This document shows positions 39,708-50,195 of a stretch of DNA of 64,000 nucleotides, piece by piece. A model generated the notes under the pieces. It was not told the DNA's origin, ran no database searches, and saw only the letters and a program-made list of their open reading frames with translations. Where the stretch lies: the NCBI GenBank assembly GCA_963665275.2, contig CAXXIN010000014.1, positions 5,430 through 69,429 of the forward strand, in the 5' to 3' direction. The translations under genes were made by a program, and so were the position numbers. This DNA comes from Negativicutes bacterium (GTDB lineage Bacteria > Bacillota > Negativicutes > UBA1444). Each line of letters begins with the position of its first letter. Position 1 is the first letter of the stretch.

Positions 39708-41724
39708 CGTGGTTCGAAAAAAAGACGTTTCCGATACGGAAACCAAACCGGAACCAAAACTGGAACCTAAAACTCGCAGAGCGCGAAAAACAAGAAAAAT
39801 CGTGTATGGCGCATCGATGTCTGAAGAAGAAATGCGCAAATTTACGGAAGAGGTTCTAGAAGCACACGCAGTTTTCAATATGTGCGCAAGTGTATGGGGG
39901 CCGGAAAAAGTTGTCCTGCGGGCCAGTAAGTTTGGCGCGCTTGAACTCATGCAATCTCCTGAACTTGCAGACCGGGTTTTGGCTTTGCAACGTATGGTAA
40001 TGGAAGATCTTACTCTTGAGGATCGGCCGACACTGGAAGAAATACCGCATGTGTTGGAAGATGTCATGAATGAGATGGCTGATCAGATCGCCAGGCGCTC
40101 GGTGGAAGAAAATATTGAAAAGAAGATCTCGCAGAAGATGGAAGACCGCCATCAAGAGTTCGTTCAAGAGATCCGAATGCAGATTCTCAAGGAAGAATCT
40201 GGTGTGGAAACCCCGCAGAGCCAGAAAAAACTTGAGAAGCTTAATTTGCTGGAAGAAAAGAGCTTGACCAAATCCATGAATGAGATTCTCCGCCCGGCGA
40301 CGCTGGACGAGATTGTCGGCCAGGAGAGAGCTGTAGAGGTTCTGCGCTCCAAGCTGGCCTCGCCCTATCCGCAGCATCTTATTCTCTACGGACCGCCCGG
40401 GGTGGGCAAAACCACAGCAGCCCGACTGGTGCTGGAGGAAGCTAAGAAGCTTCCCTATACTCCATTCGCTCAGGATGCGGCTTTTATCGAAGTGGACGGT
40501 AGTACGCTTCGTTGGGATCCCCGTGATATAACCAACCCATTACTGGGATCGGTTCATGACCCCATTTATCAAGGCGCACGGCGCGACTTGGCGGAGACGG
40601 CAGTGCCAGAGCCGAAACCTGGATTGGTGACCGATGCGCATGGGGGAATTCTATTCATTGATGAGATTGGTGAGATGGACCCAATGCTGCTCAACAAACT
40701 GTTGAAGGTATTGGAAGACAAACGTGTGTTTTTCGAGTCCGCCTACTATGACGAAACCGACCCGAACGTGCCGGAATATATCAAGAAGCTTTTCAAAGGC
40801 GGTGCGCCTGCCGACTTTGTGCTTATCGGCGCTACCACGCGGGATGCCGGCGAACTGAATCCGGCGCTACGATCCCGTTGCGCCGAAGTGTATTTCGAAC
40901 CGTTGACGCCCAAACAGATAGAGGTGATCGTGACCAATGCCGCCACGAAACTGAAAGTAAGCATGGATGAAACTGTGCCGATGCTGATCAGTGAATATAC
41001 TGTGGAAGGCCGTAAGGCAGTTAGTTTGTTAGCGGACTCCTACAGTTTGGCGTTGTATCGTCGCGGCAAAGGGCGTAGAAATATCCAAAAAATCAAACGG
41101 GATGACGTATTCCGCGTTCTGCAGGTGAGTCGGATGACTCCATACGTCAACCGTAAGGCATCAACGGAGTGGGAAACCGGCAAGATCTTCGGACTGGGTG
41201 TTTCTGGCTATCTCGGCTCAGTGATTGAGATCGAAGCTGTTTGCTTCCCGGCTGCGCAAAAAGGTAAGGGCGTTATCCGCTTTAACGATACGGCGGGCAG
41301 TATGGCGAAAGACTCGGTGTTCAATGCAGCGGCGCTGGTGCGTCAGATTACGGGTCGTGATCTAGCGAAATATGATATTCATGTCAACGTCATCGGCGGC
41401 GGTCAAATTGATGGGCCTTCAGCAGGTCTTGCGATTCTCAGCGTTTTGATCTCGGTCATCACCGGACAACCGCTGCGCCAGGACGTTGCCGTGACAGGCG
41501 AAATCTCGATCCGAGGCAAATTGAAAGCGGTGGGAGGGGTCTTTGAAAAGGCATACGGTGCTAAACAGGCAGGCGTGAGTCTCATGATTATCCCTAAGGA
41601 AAATGAAAAAGACATCCCTGCAGATCATCTGGGCTTGAAAGTTCAACCGTTGGAAAGTGTGGAAGACGCACTGAAAATGTTATTTGGGAAAGAGGTCAAA
41701 GGAGAGGGCTGTAATGCTGGATAG
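39697..41724 (+). CDS. Lon-like ATP-dependent protease (AAA+ plus Lon S16 protease domain)
   Basis: Walker A GPPGVGKTT, Walker B ILFIDEIGEM, and the protease Ser in DGPSAGLAI. Confidence 0.85.
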   Translation: MENNVVRKKDVSDTETKPEPKLEPKTRRARKTRKIVYGASMSEEEMRKFTEEVLEAHAVFNMCASVWGPEKVVLRASKFGALELMQSPELADRVLALQRMVMEDLTLEDRPTLEEIPHVLEDVMNEMADQIARRSVEENIEKKISQKMEDRHQEFVQEIRMQILKEESGVETPQSQKKLEKLNLLEEKSLTKSMNEILRPATLDEIVGQERAVEVLRSKLASPYPQHLILYGPPGVGKTTAARLVLEEAKKLPYTPFAQDAAFIEVDGSTLRWDPRDITNPLLGSVHDPIYQGARRDLAETAVPEPKPGLVTDAHGGILFIDEIGEMDPMLLNKLLKVLEDKRVFFESAYYDETDPNVPEYIKKLFKGGAPADFVLIGATTRDAGELNPALRSRCAEVYFEPLTPKQIEVIVTNAATKLKVSMDETVPMLISEYTVEGRKAVSLLADSYSLALYRRGKGRRNIQKIKRDDVFRVLQVSRMTPYVNRKASTEWETGKIFGLGVSGYLGSVIEIEAVCFPAAQKGKGVIRFNDTAGSMAKDSVFNAAALVRQITGRDLAKYDIHVNVIGGGQIDGPSAGLAILSVLISVITGQPLRQDVAVTGEISIRGKLKAVGGVFEKAYGAKQAGVSLMIIPKENEKDIPADHLGLKVQPLESVEDALKMLFGKEVKGEGCNAG

Positions 41725-43045
41725 GGTGCCGCCGCAGAACATCGAGGCCGAACAATCCGTTCTTGGCGCATTGCTGATCGAGCAGAGCTCAATCGCCAAA
41801 ATATCGGATGTGTTGCAGCCCGAGGACTTTTACAGGGAAGCCCACCGGCTGATTTATCGCGCAGCAATGTTGTTGTTCGAACGTGGTGAGGCGATTGACT
41901 TCATTACGGTAACAGACATTCTTCGCAAAGAAGGTACGCTGGAACAGGCTGGCGGTATTTCGTACATTACCTCTCTGGCCAACGGAGTTCCAACTGCGGC
42001 CAACATTACCTATCATGCCAAGATTGTGCAGGAAAAAAGCCTGTTGAGGCGTCTCATCAACGCGGCTACGGACATCGCTTCTCTGGGTTACGCCGAATCG
42101 GAGGAAGTCGAACGGATTTTGGACCAGTCCGAGCAAAAAATCCTCGAAGTGGCCACTCGCAAGAGCGGTCAGGAGTATCAACCCATCAAAGAAATTATTT
42201 TCAGCACCCTGGATAAAATTGACGAGATGCACAAGGCCAAGGGCGGCATAACAGGGATACCTACCGGATTTGCTAACCTTGACAAGCTTACGGGCGGTTT
42301 TCAACGTTCCGATCTGATCCTCATCGCTGCCCGCCCGAGTATGGGGAAAACGGCGTTTGTGCTTAACGTGGCCCAATACATGGCGACCCGCGACAAAAAG
42401 TCCGTGGCGATCTTCAGCCTGGAAATGCCGAAAGAGCAGCTTGCTATGCGTATGATGTGCGCCGAAGGCCTGATCGACAGCCAGCGATTTCGTACGGGCG
42501 CCATGAGCAACGAAGAATGGGCGAAACTCGTGGATGCAGCCGATCGCTTGTCGGGTTCTCCCATGTTTATCGATGACACAGCAAACGTTACTGCCATAGA
42601 ACTCCGCAATAAGGCTCGCCGAATCAGCAAAGAGCACGGGCTAGATTGTATCATCATCGACTATCTGCAACTGATGGACGGCGGCGCGCATAGTCGCATC
42701 GACAACCGTCAACAGCAAATTTCGGACATATCCCGTTCGCTGAAAGCTCTGGCTCGTGAATTGCGTGTTCCGGTCATCGCGCTATCGCAACTTAGCCGCG
42801 GACCGGAAAGTCGAACTTCGCGACGACCCATGCTAAGCGATCTCCGTGAATCGGGATCGCTAGAGCAAGATGCCGACCTGGTCGCCTTTTTGTATCGCGA
42901 TGATTACTATAACCCTGAATCAGAAAAGAAAAACATTACTGAGCTTATCATTTCCAAGAACCGTAACGGCCCAACAGAGACTGTTGAGCTATATTTCCAC
43001 AAGAGTTTTACCCGGTTTACAGACTATACGCCACGCCAAGAATAG
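41714..43045 (+). CDS. dnaB: Replicative DNA helicase
   Basis: MLDRVPPQNIEAEQSVLGALL, Walker A ARPSMGKTAF, 443 aa. Confidence 0.95.
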   Translation: MLDRVPPQNIEAEQSVLGALLIEQSSIAKISDVLQPEDFYREAHRLIYRAAMLLFERGEAIDFITVTDILRKEGTLEQAGGISYITSLANGVPTAANITYHAKIVQEKSLLRRLINAATDIASLGYAESEEVERILDQSEQKILEVATRKSGQEYQPIKEIIFSTLDKIDEMHKAKGGITGIPTGFANLDKLTGGFQRSDLILIAARPSMGKTAFVLNVAQYMATRDKKSVAIFSLEMPKEQLAMRMMCAEGLIDSQRFRTGAMSNEEWAKLVDAADRLSGSPMFIDDTANVTAIELRNKARRISKEHGLDCIIIDYLQLMDGGAHSRIDNRQQQISDISRSLKALARELRVPVIALSQLSRGPESRTSRRPMLSDLRESGSLEQDADLVAFLYRDDYYNPESEKKNITELIISKNRNGPTETVELYFHKSFTRFTDYTPRQE

Positions 43046-43198
43046 CCGAACGATTTAATGAAAATCTTCGATATTATTCGGATATTTATTGACAGGCAAC
43101 GATACAACGGGTAATATTAAGAGGGACAAAACGCAGATTTTGTCTTTCTTTTTGTGAAAAACAACTGGACCTGCGAAGAATATCGGGAGTGGATACGT

Positions 43199-44602
43199 GT
43201 GAAAGAGTTTGACGTTATTATCATCGGCACCGGCCCCGCCGGCATCTTTGCTGCTTTGGAAATGGCGGACTCGGGCCTGAAGGTGCTTATGCTTGAAAAA
43301 GGCAGGGATATTTCAGCTCGGGCATGTCCAATTCACACAAAGGGGACAAAATGCGTCCATTGCAAGCCCTGTGGCATTCTGTGCGGTTGGGGTGGGGCGG
43401 GAGCCTACAGTGACGGAAAGTTGACTCTCACGACCGAATTCGGCGGCATGCTGGATCTTTATATGGACAAGCCCGCCCTGATGGATCTGATAGATTATGT
43501 GGACGGCATTTATCTCAAATTCGGCGCGACACAAACCGTATATGGCGACGATAACAAAGAAGCCGTTCGCAAAATTCAGAAGGATGCGGCATCGGCCGAT
43601 CTTTCATTGATCCCTGCCCGCATACGTCATTTGGGAACTGATAAATGTCTGGAGATCCTCACGCTGATGCGAGACCATCTGGAGGATAAGTGCACAATCC
43701 GAACGAGTGACGGCGTTTCAAGGATCCTCGTAGAGAATGGATGTTACGTTGGCGTTGAGACTACCCGAGGTGAAAGTTTCTACAGCAAATATCTGATTGC
43801 GGCTCCTGGCCGTGAAGGTGCGGAATGGTTCACTGGTCAGGTCGGACAGATGGGGCTGGAGCTGATCACCAACCCGGTCGATATTGGAGTAAGGGTAGAA
43901 GTGCCGGCGGTTGTGATGGAGCAGATCACCGACGTTGTGTATGAATCAAAACTGGTATATTATACGAAATCTTTCGACGACCGGGTGCGAACATTCTGCA
44001 TGAACCCTTATGGTGTGGTGGTCGCGGAGAACAATGCAGGTCTCATTACCGTCAACGGACATAGTAACGCAGAAAAATCCTCCGAAAACACCAATTTTGC
44101 GATCTTGGTTTCCAAGAGTTTTACGGAGCCGTTTAAGGAACCAATCACTTATGGAAAATCCATTGCGAAGCTGGCCAACTTGCTTAGCGGCGGAGTCATC
44201 GTCCAACGCCTCGGCGACCTGAAGGCCGGACGCAGGTCCACGGAAGAACGCATTGGACGTGGCATGGTGACGCCAACAATGAAAGAAGCGACGCCCGGCG
44301 ACCTAAGCCTGGTGCTGCCGTACCGGCATCTGATCGCCATTATTGAGATGCTCGAAGCTCTTGACAAGGTTGCTCCGGGTGTCGGTTCGCGGCATACCCT
44401 GCTATATGGAGTTGAGGTTAAATTTTACTCTTCTCGACTGCACCTGAGCAATGTGTTGGAAACAAAGATACTCAATTTTTTCGCAGTCGGCGATGGGGCC
44501 GGAGTGACAAGGGGGTTGGCGCAAGCCTCGGTTTCCGGCGTGATTGTTGCCCGGGAAATAAAAAAACGTGAACACTGCAATGGCGGGCTGACCCATGATT
44601 GA
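43199..44602 (+). CDS. FAD-dependent oxidoreductase (COG2509-like)
   Basis: FDVIIIGTGPAGIFAALEMA dinucleotide fold. GTG at 43199 follows gggagtgg; the ORF extends to 43154. Confidence 0.75.
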   Translation: MKEFDVIIIGTGPAGIFAALEMADSGLKVLMLEKGRDISARACPIHTKGTKCVHCKPCGILCGWGGAGAYSDGKLTLTTEFGGMLDLYMDKPALMDLIDYVDGIYLKFGATQTVYGDDNKEAVRKIQKDAASADLSLIPARIRHLGTDKCLEILTLMRDHLEDKCTIRTSDGVSRILVENGCYVGVETTRGESFYSKYLIAAPGREGAEWFTGQVGQMGLELITNPVDIGVRVEVPAVVMEQITDVVYESKLVYYTKSFDDRVRTFCMNPYGVVVAENNAGLITVNGHSNAEKSSENTNFAILVSKSFTEPFKEPITYGKSIAKLANLLSGGVIVQRLGDLKAGRRSTEERIGRGMVTPTMKEATPGDLSLVLPYRHLIAIIEMLEALDKVAPGVGSRHTLLYGVEVKFYSSRLHLSNVLETKILNFFAVGDGAGVTRGLAQASVSGVIVAREIKKREHCNGGLTHD

Positions 44603-44767
44603 CAGTCACCAAGATGCACAAGTGCAATTCGACGACCCGACGCGCTGACGTCAAAACCAATGCAAAAAAAGATGCGGACATCGGCTTCTGCTTTGAAGCC
44701 GAATATCCGCTAAGGCATATTGATAAGATCATGGCCAGATTCGGCCTATAAGAAAGTAGGTGTAGCA

Positions 44768-46051
44768 ATGTCATCAGTTGTCGTAATGGGAACTCAGTGG
44801 GGTGACGAAGGCAAAGGGAAAATCGTCGACCATTTGGCGGAACAGGCGCAAGTCGTCGTTCGTTACCAGGGAGGAAATAACGCCGGACACACCGTCGTAG
44901 TCAAAGGAGTGGAATCCAAACTCAACCTGTTGCCCTCCGGTGTTCTGTATCCGGGAAAAACCTGCATCATCGGCAACGGAGTTGTCGTTGATCCGGCCCA
45001 CCTTCTGAAAGAAATCAACGCGATGAAAGCCAGAGGCATCAACCTGGCTGGACTTCAGATTTCCAACCGGGCTCAAGTCATTTTGCCTTACCATCGAATG
45101 ATGGATGAAGCAGACGAAGAGTCGCGGGGTGACGCAAAGATCGGTACTACGAAACGGGGCATCGGGCCTTGCTATGTTGATAAGAACAGCCGCGTCGGCA
45201 TTCGCATCGTTGACTTGATGGATTCAGAAGAATTCGCACTGCGTCTGAAGCATAATTTGATTCTCAAGAACCGAATTCTATCTGAAATCTACGGCAAACA
45301 GCCGCTGGACTATGAGTCGGTTTTAGCGGAATATCTGGGCTATGCTGATCAGCTTCGCCCCTATGTCGCTGATACAATCTTCACGTTGCACGAAGCGCTG
45401 AAGCGTGGCGAAAAAATCCTTTACGAAGGCGCTCAGGCCACGATGCTCGACCTAGACTACGGAACTTATCCATACGTTACCTCGTCACACCCAATCGCAG
45501 GTGGCGTATGCATCGGTGCGGGCGTAGGCCCCAGCACCCTTGACAAAGTGATTGGCGTTGTGAAGGCATATACTACGCGAGTAGGCGAAGGCCCGTTCGT
45601 TACGGAGCTGCATGAGGAAACCGGCAACCTGATCCGCGAACGCGGGCATGAGTATGGCACGACGACGGGTCGCCCTCGTCGTACCGGCTGGCTTGATACC
45701 GTGGTCGTTAAATATGCCTGTCAGCTTAGTTCGATCGATTGCCTGGCCATCACTCGTCTGGATATCTTAGATACACTGCCCAAACTGAAAATTTGCACGG
45801 GTTATCTGTACAAAGGCAAGCCCTTGAATGAATACCCGGCCAGCCTCAAGGTGCTCGGTGAAGTGGAACCGGTCTATGAGGACCTTCCCGGCTGGCAGGC
45901 CGATATTACCGGTATTCGTCGCTATGAAGACCTGCCTCTTAATGCCCGTCGCTACGTCGAACGTCTGAGCGAACTTTCGGGGGCACGGCTGGGGATCGTG
46001 TCTGTTGGACCTGACCGCGAGCAGACTATCGTGCTCGAATCCATGTTTTAA
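44768..46051 (+). CDS. purA: Adenylosuccinate synthetase
   Basis: MSSVVVMGTQWGDEGKGKIVD and GTTKRGIGP motifs. Confidence 0.95.
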   Translation: MSSVVVMGTQWGDEGKGKIVDHLAEQAQVVVRYQGGNNAGHTVVVKGVESKLNLLPSGVLYPGKTCIIGNGVVVDPAHLLKEINAMKARGINLAGLQISNRAQVILPYHRMMDEADEESRGDAKIGTTKRGIGPCYVDKNSRVGIRIVDLMDSEEFALRLKHNLILKNRILSEIYGKQPLDYESVLAEYLGYADQLRPYVADTIFTLHEALKRGEKILYEGAQATMLDLDYGTYPYVTSSHPIAGGVCIGAGVGPSTLDKVIGVVKAYTTRVGEGPFVTELHEETGNLIRERGHEYGTTTGRPRRTGWLDTVVVKYACQLSSIDCLAITRLDILDTLPKLKICTGYLYKGKPLNEYPASLKVLGEVEPVYEDLPGWQADITGIRRYEDLPLNARRYVERLSELSGARLGIVSVGPDREQTIVLESMF

Positions 46052-46109
46052 TCAGGCATTGGCTTGACATCTACCCCGACTAGGGCTATAATTCAAAATT
46101 GTGATATGA

Positions 46110-46185
46110 GACTCACTAGCTCAATTGGTAGAGCATCTGACTCTTAATCAGAGGGTTCCGGGTTCGAGTCCCGGGTGGGTCACCA
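46110..46185 (+). tRNA. tRNA-Lys (anticodon CUU)
   Basis: 76 nt folded by hand. Acceptor gactcac/gtgggtc (one G-U pair), anticodon stem tctga/tcaga with loop cTCTTaa, T-arm ccggg-ttcgagt-cccgg, encoded CCA. Confidence 0.93.
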
Positions 46186-46195
46186 AAACAAAATC

Positions 46196-46230
46196 AATGG
46201 CTCCGGCGATTTTTGCCGGAGCCATTTTTA
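46196..46230 (+). terminator. Intrinsic terminator after tRNA-Lys
   Basis: aatggctccggc / gccggagccatt stem followed by ttta. Confidence 0.7.
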
Positions 46231-46338
46231 TGCCCATTTCTAAAAGTCTTCTAAAAATCGTAGTTGTGTTTTGCAAGAATGTTGTTTTTTCGGGGTGTTT
46301 GACGGGGTTGAGTTGTGAAGATGCTTTCATTATGGGGC

Positions 46339-47676
46339 TTAGGCGATGATGTGGTTTTCGTGCTCGGAGATGATTTGTGATGTATGTTGATGAGTATCCT
46401 CAGGCGAATCTGATTGGGGCAGCTTGATTTTAGATCTTTTGGCGGCCAGCATTTTATTGCGATTTTTCTTTGCTTTACTGATTTTTGTGCGGAGAAATTT
46501 TGCGATCGGTGTCGGTTCAGCTACTACCGATTCGTCCGTTTTTTTCATGGGCGGCGTCAACAGGATCCGATCCATCGCATTGGCGGCTTCCAATTGCATT
46601 TCCGGCAAGACATGGCTGTATAAATCTTGCGTGATCAAGGTCGAGGAATGCCCCAGCCGCTCGGAAATCGTCTTTACCGGGACATGCTCGAGCAGCAGCA
46701 TCGTGGCGTGAGTGTGGCGAAGATCGTGAAAGCGGATGAGCGGCAGTTTCTCGCTGCGCAGAAGTTTCAGGAAGGCGTGGCTGAGAAACGCCGGATCATG
46801 TGGCGTTCCATTGTCATACGCCCAGACATAATCGAGCTTTTGATATAACGGGCCGGCCTCCAGCTTTTCGGCGGTCTGAATCGGTTTTAACGCGGTTAAC
46901 AGGGTGATGAGCGCCTCAGGGAGTCGGATCGAACGCTCAGAGCGCTGGGTTTTTACGGGTTGGGATTTCAATTGGCCGGCCACGCGGTTGAGTGAGTTGC
47001 GGACGAACATCAAGCCCCGATCCAGGGCGACATCTTGCCAGCGCAGCCCGCAGCATTCACCGCGGCGGAGACCGCAGGTAGCCGCCAGCATAATCGGCAG
47101 GTGCAAGGGGGTGTTTTGGGCGGCCAGGATCAGACTGCTCAACAATTCGGGCGTGTAGGAGGAGGAACGGAACTTTTCCGTTTTCGGCGCATCGACTGCC
47201 AAGATCGGGTTGTTCAGGATCAGGCACCATTTTACGGCGCGGTTCAAAGCGCCGCGTAACACCGCGTAGACATAATGGAGCATTGTTTTGGAGAGGGCGG
47301 GTTTTCGTTTGCGCAAGCGGCCAAGCAGATCTTGAAGATGGAGCGGACTGAGGGCTTTGAGTTCGATGCTGCCGATGTAGGGCGTGACGAAGGTCTCGAC
47401 CGTCCATTTGTAGCTTTCATAGGTCGACTCGCGAACGGAAGGCTCCACATGATTGGCCAGCCAGCGAGTTAAAAACTCTTTGACTGTGATCTTCTCCGGA
47501 TCCAGGAACTTGTCCCGTTCCTGTTCGACCAGCAAATGGGCCAAGGCTTCTTCGGCAAGGGCTTTGTCGGTGCCTGAACGAATCCAGCGGGTCTTCCATT
47601 TTCTCGTTTCGGGGTTTTGGCCAATACTCAAAACAAGATAATAAATATCCCCTTTCTTCTGAATGCTTCCCTTCAT
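46339..47676 (-). CDS. int: Tyrosine recombinase / phage-type integrase
   Basis: MKGSIQKKGDIYYLVL... (SAM-like N-domain). Catalytic region RRGECCGLRW, HDLRHTHATMLL, LGHSSTLITQDLYSHV. RBS ggagg. Confidence 0.92.
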   Translation of the reverse strand: MKGSIQKKGDIYYLVLSIGQNPETRKWKTRWIRSGTDKALAEEALAHLLVEQERDKFLDPEKITVKEFLTRWLANHVEPSVRESTYESYKWTVETFVTPYIGSIELKALSPLHLQDLLGRLRKRKPALSKTMLHYVYAVLRGALNRAVKWCLILNNPILAVDAPKTEKFRSSSYTPELLSSLILAAQNTPLHLPIMLAATCGLRRGECCGLRWQDVALDRGLMFVRNSLNRVAGQLKSQPVKTQRSERSIRLPEALITLLTALKPIQTAEKLEAGPLYQKLDYVWAYDNGTPHDPAFLSHAFLKLLRSEKLPLIRFHDLRHTHATMLLLEHVPVKTISERLGHSSTLITQDLYSHVLPEMQLEAANAMDRILLTPPMKKTDESVVAEPTPIAKFLRTKISKAKKNRNKMLAAKRSKIKLPQSDSPEDTHQHTSQIISEHENHIIA

Positions 47677-47822
47677 GTTGTGCCTCCTCTGCCGATATTT
47701 CATGACAAAAGGCCCGTCCGTCTTCACGGCGGGCCTTTCGGCACAGAACATATTTTGCTAATAGAATCGGTTTGTTGGGCGCGCCCATGCAGTTGCAGGT
47801 TAAATAGCGCTCTAGAGCGGAT

Positions 47823-48497
47823 CTAATCTGTCCCCATGCCGCGCGGCAGGATATGGAATAGTCCCACGCACGGTCCAACAATACAAACCCGTTGACGATC
47901 ACCGGCGGTATAGACTTCCGGTGGTTGCGAGGAGTCTGCAGCCTGCAAGACGAGGGTGTCGGGTTGCACTTGGACGCAATACCTGAGGCAAAGACGATTG
48001 CCGTCGATAATTACCATGCAAAAATCGCCGGGTCGTACCTTGGCGTTGACGTGAGTCAAGACCAAGCACCCCTCCCCAATTCCTGCCATCGCCATAGATG
48101 AATCGGGAGCCGGGAGCAGGACGGCCTGGACGCCGCGGGAAACCGTAGCGACCTCGGCCGGGACGGGATAGGTGCCGTGAAAACTCAAAAAGGCTAACCT
48201 CCCTTCAATAACGGCCACAGATTTATAGATCGGCACGTAGACAACGTCTCCGATCCGAACTGAATCTGCCGTCGCTGAATACCCCAGGAGGTTATCAACT
48301 GTGGTATTGAAAATTTGTGCGATTCGCGGCAGCATCTGAGATTCCGGCGTTCGTTTGCCGATCTCCCATCCGGATACTGTCACTGGTGAAACGCCCAATT
48401 TTTCCGCTACCTGTTTCTGGGTCATCTTCTGTTTGTGCCGTAAATTTTGCAACGTGGTTTGCAGCGGAAAAACATGGGCAGATTTCGAATGAGTCAT
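47823..48497 (-). CDS. cI/LexA-like repressor (XRE HTH plus S24 peptidase domain)
   Basis: HTH MTQKQVAEKLGVSPVTVSGWEIGKRTP and a C-terminal S24-like fold. Divergent from the Xis-like gene. Confidence 0.88.
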   Translation of the reverse strand: MTHSKSAHVFPLQTTLQNLRHKQKMTQKQVAEKLGVSPVTVSGWEIGKRTPESQMLPRIAQIFNTTVDNLLGYSATADSVRIGDVVYVPIYKSVAVIEGRLAFLSFHGTYPVPAEVATVSRGVQAVLLPAPDSSMAMAGIGEGCLVLTHVNAKVRPGDFCMVIIDGNRLCLRYCVQVQPDTLVLQAADSSQPPEVYTAGDRQRVCIVGPCVGLFHILPRGMGTD

Positions 48498-48588
48498 GAA
48501 AATAACCACCCTTCGAAGATAGTATATGCCTCTCGTTTATAAAAATCAATACATATCCTCACACATATTCACATGAAATTCAAAGGTA

Positions 48589-48658
48589 TTGACAGTTTTT
48601 AAACAACAGGAATAGAATAACAGCGAGCTAAAAAAATACTATCCTTAATGGATAGTAT
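48589..48658 (+). promoter_or_regulatory. Rightward promoter and palindromic operator of the switch region
   Basis: ttgaca (48589-48594), 18 nt, tagaat (48613-48618). Inverted repeat atactatcc-ttaat-ggatagtat (48636-48658). An extra half-site gatagtat at 48518-48525 lies outside this span. Confidence 0.5.
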
Positions 48659-48689
48659 GGAATGATGGGGAAACAAGGGAGGAATTGAA

Positions 48690-49163
48690 ATGAAAGCGAA
48701 AGCAAGCACAAAAGCAGTGAAAGGGAGTGGCGGCGCGGCCCTCAGGTTGGCCAAACCCGGGGAAGCGCCGGAGCCCTGCCGTATCCCTTTGAAACCAGGA
48801 ACAACAAAGCCTAGTGCGGCAGAAATGGCGTTTACGGAAGCCGCTGTCGCAAAATCAATGCTGCATACCGAACAGATCGCGCCTGGCAACAAGCTGGCCT
48901 ACAATGTCAGGGAAGCAGCGGAAGCGCTGGGGGTATCCCCCTGGTATGTGCGCGATGAGATGAATCTCGGGCGGTTGGGCTTTTCCTCCGCGCGTGGCCG
49001 CAAAATCATCCCACGCTGGGAACTGGTGCGATATCTGGAAGAATACATGCAGGGACACTCTGAAGCGGCAGGAGACGAAGAGAATACGCCACTCGTGCCA
49101 AACGACTCCGGGACCCCGTCTCTAAAGAAGGCGCTCGCAGGAAGTAAAAAAAGAATGATCTGA
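48690..49163 (+). CDS. Excisionase-family (MerR-like) HTH DNA-binding protein
   Basis: AYNVREAAEALGVSPWYVRDEMNLGRL...IPRWELVRYLE is the typical Xis-type HTH. RBS aagggagg. Confidence 0.65.
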   Translation: MKAKASTKAVKGSGGAALRLAKPGEAPEPCRIPLKPGTTKPSAAEMAFTEAAVAKSMLHTEQIAPGNKLAYNVREAAEALGVSPWYVRDEMNLGRLGFSSARGRKIIPRWELVRYLEEYMQGHSEAAGDEENTPLVPNDSGTPSLKKALAGSKKRMI

Positions 49164-49231
49164 CAGGTCAGCGGGTATGAAACAAGCTGGATCGGTCGGA
49201 TTTTTTTATGGGCAACTGCGCTGGCGGCGCT

Positions 49232-49351
49232 TGTGGATAAGCCTGTGGATAACGCTGCGTGAAGTACAAAGATTGCCGATCAGATGGACGCAGAGTGCCA
49301 GAGAGAGTGACAATGAGCGGCTATCAGAGTGACACACATTGTCACTCTCTC
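49232..49351. other. Origin-like site: two perfect DnaA boxes plus a 15-bp palindrome
   Basis: tgtggataa at 49232-49240 and 49244-49252. gagagagtgacaatg (49301-49315) pairs with cattgtcactctctc (49337-49351). (c)agagtg(a/c)c is repeated three times. Confidence 0.6.
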
Positions 49352-49523
49352 ATAGCCCGGGCCCAGTCAGCTGTAGGATGAGCGGCTCCCTAACATACAG
49401 AGAATACCTTACAGAAGAAATTACAACGGAACCTAAAGGGGACCAGCTCCAATAAGGATCAGAAAAAGGTCTGATAGAGACCCTCAGATAAAATCAAACC
49501 GATGAAAATGATGGAGAAGGAGT

Positions 49524-50195
49524 ATGGAAAATATTGCAGCGATTGTTCAAAGTCTGCTGCCGGCGAAGGGCGCCGACGGATCCTGGCAAAGAGCGAATCT
49601 GCCAGTAGCGGAACCGTCCAACAGAGCACAGCTACATCCGGATAAAGTCCCGTTCATTACTTTTCCGGTATCTATCGGCTTGTTGGAAGGAAAGCACGTC
49701 GAGGCCATGGGAATCGCCGTCTGGTGCTTTTTATGGTGCATCAATAGGGTAACCTCGGATCGCACCGATCCGGACGGAGAGCGTTGGGGTCAGGTTCTCG
49801 GCGGCTGCCGGTTCAACCATCAACGGATTGCCGATGAACTCGGGATCAGCCTGCGGGCGGTCCGTTACCAGATGGATCGTCTGAGATCAGGAGGTTACCT
49901 GCGCATTACCCGTTGCCAGGACGGGCAGCAGGTGGAAGTCCGGCACAGCATCAAATGGCTGCGCAGAAAAACTCAGGGCGCGCCAAACAGCCGGCCTGAA
50001 CTGCCACCACCCGTCACAAAACTACCGGACATAGATCCTCCTGTCAGCGTCCCGGAAGTGCTGGTGAACCCGGTGGTTTCGGTGGCAGAGGAGTCTATCT
50101 CGCCAGAGCCCGATGCTGAAACCGCCAAGGTGTTTTCTCTGGCGGAAGCCTTGCGCAGGAAACAATGGGAGCGGGAGCAAGGCTTGCGGGAATAA
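49524..50195 (+). CDS. Winged-helix DNA-binding protein, putative island replication initiator/organizer
   Basis: 223 aa. IADELGISLRAVRYQMDRLRSGGYLRI is a wHTH. It sits immediately downstream of the origin-like site. No family was recognised by eye. Confidence 0.5.
   Translation: MENIAAIVQSLLPAKGADGSWQRANLPVAEPSNRAQLHPDKVPFITFPVSIGLLEGKHVEAMGIAVWCFLWCINRVTSDRTDPDGERWGQVLGGCRFNHQRIADELGISLRAVRYQMDRLRSGGYLRITRCQDGQQVEVRHSIKWLRRKTQGAPNSRPELPPPVTKLPDIDPPVSVPEVLVNPVVSVAEESISPEPDAETAKVFSLAEALRRKQWEREQGLRE

Noticed and set aside
43090-43153. A consensus-like promoter (ttgaca, 17 nt, taatat) immediately followed by the hairpin gacaaaa/ttttgtc plus a T-run, before the FAD-protein gene.
   Set aside because: The hairpin is most simply the dnaB terminator, with the promoter match coincidental or serving the next gene. 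The element is too short to call a regulatory leader.
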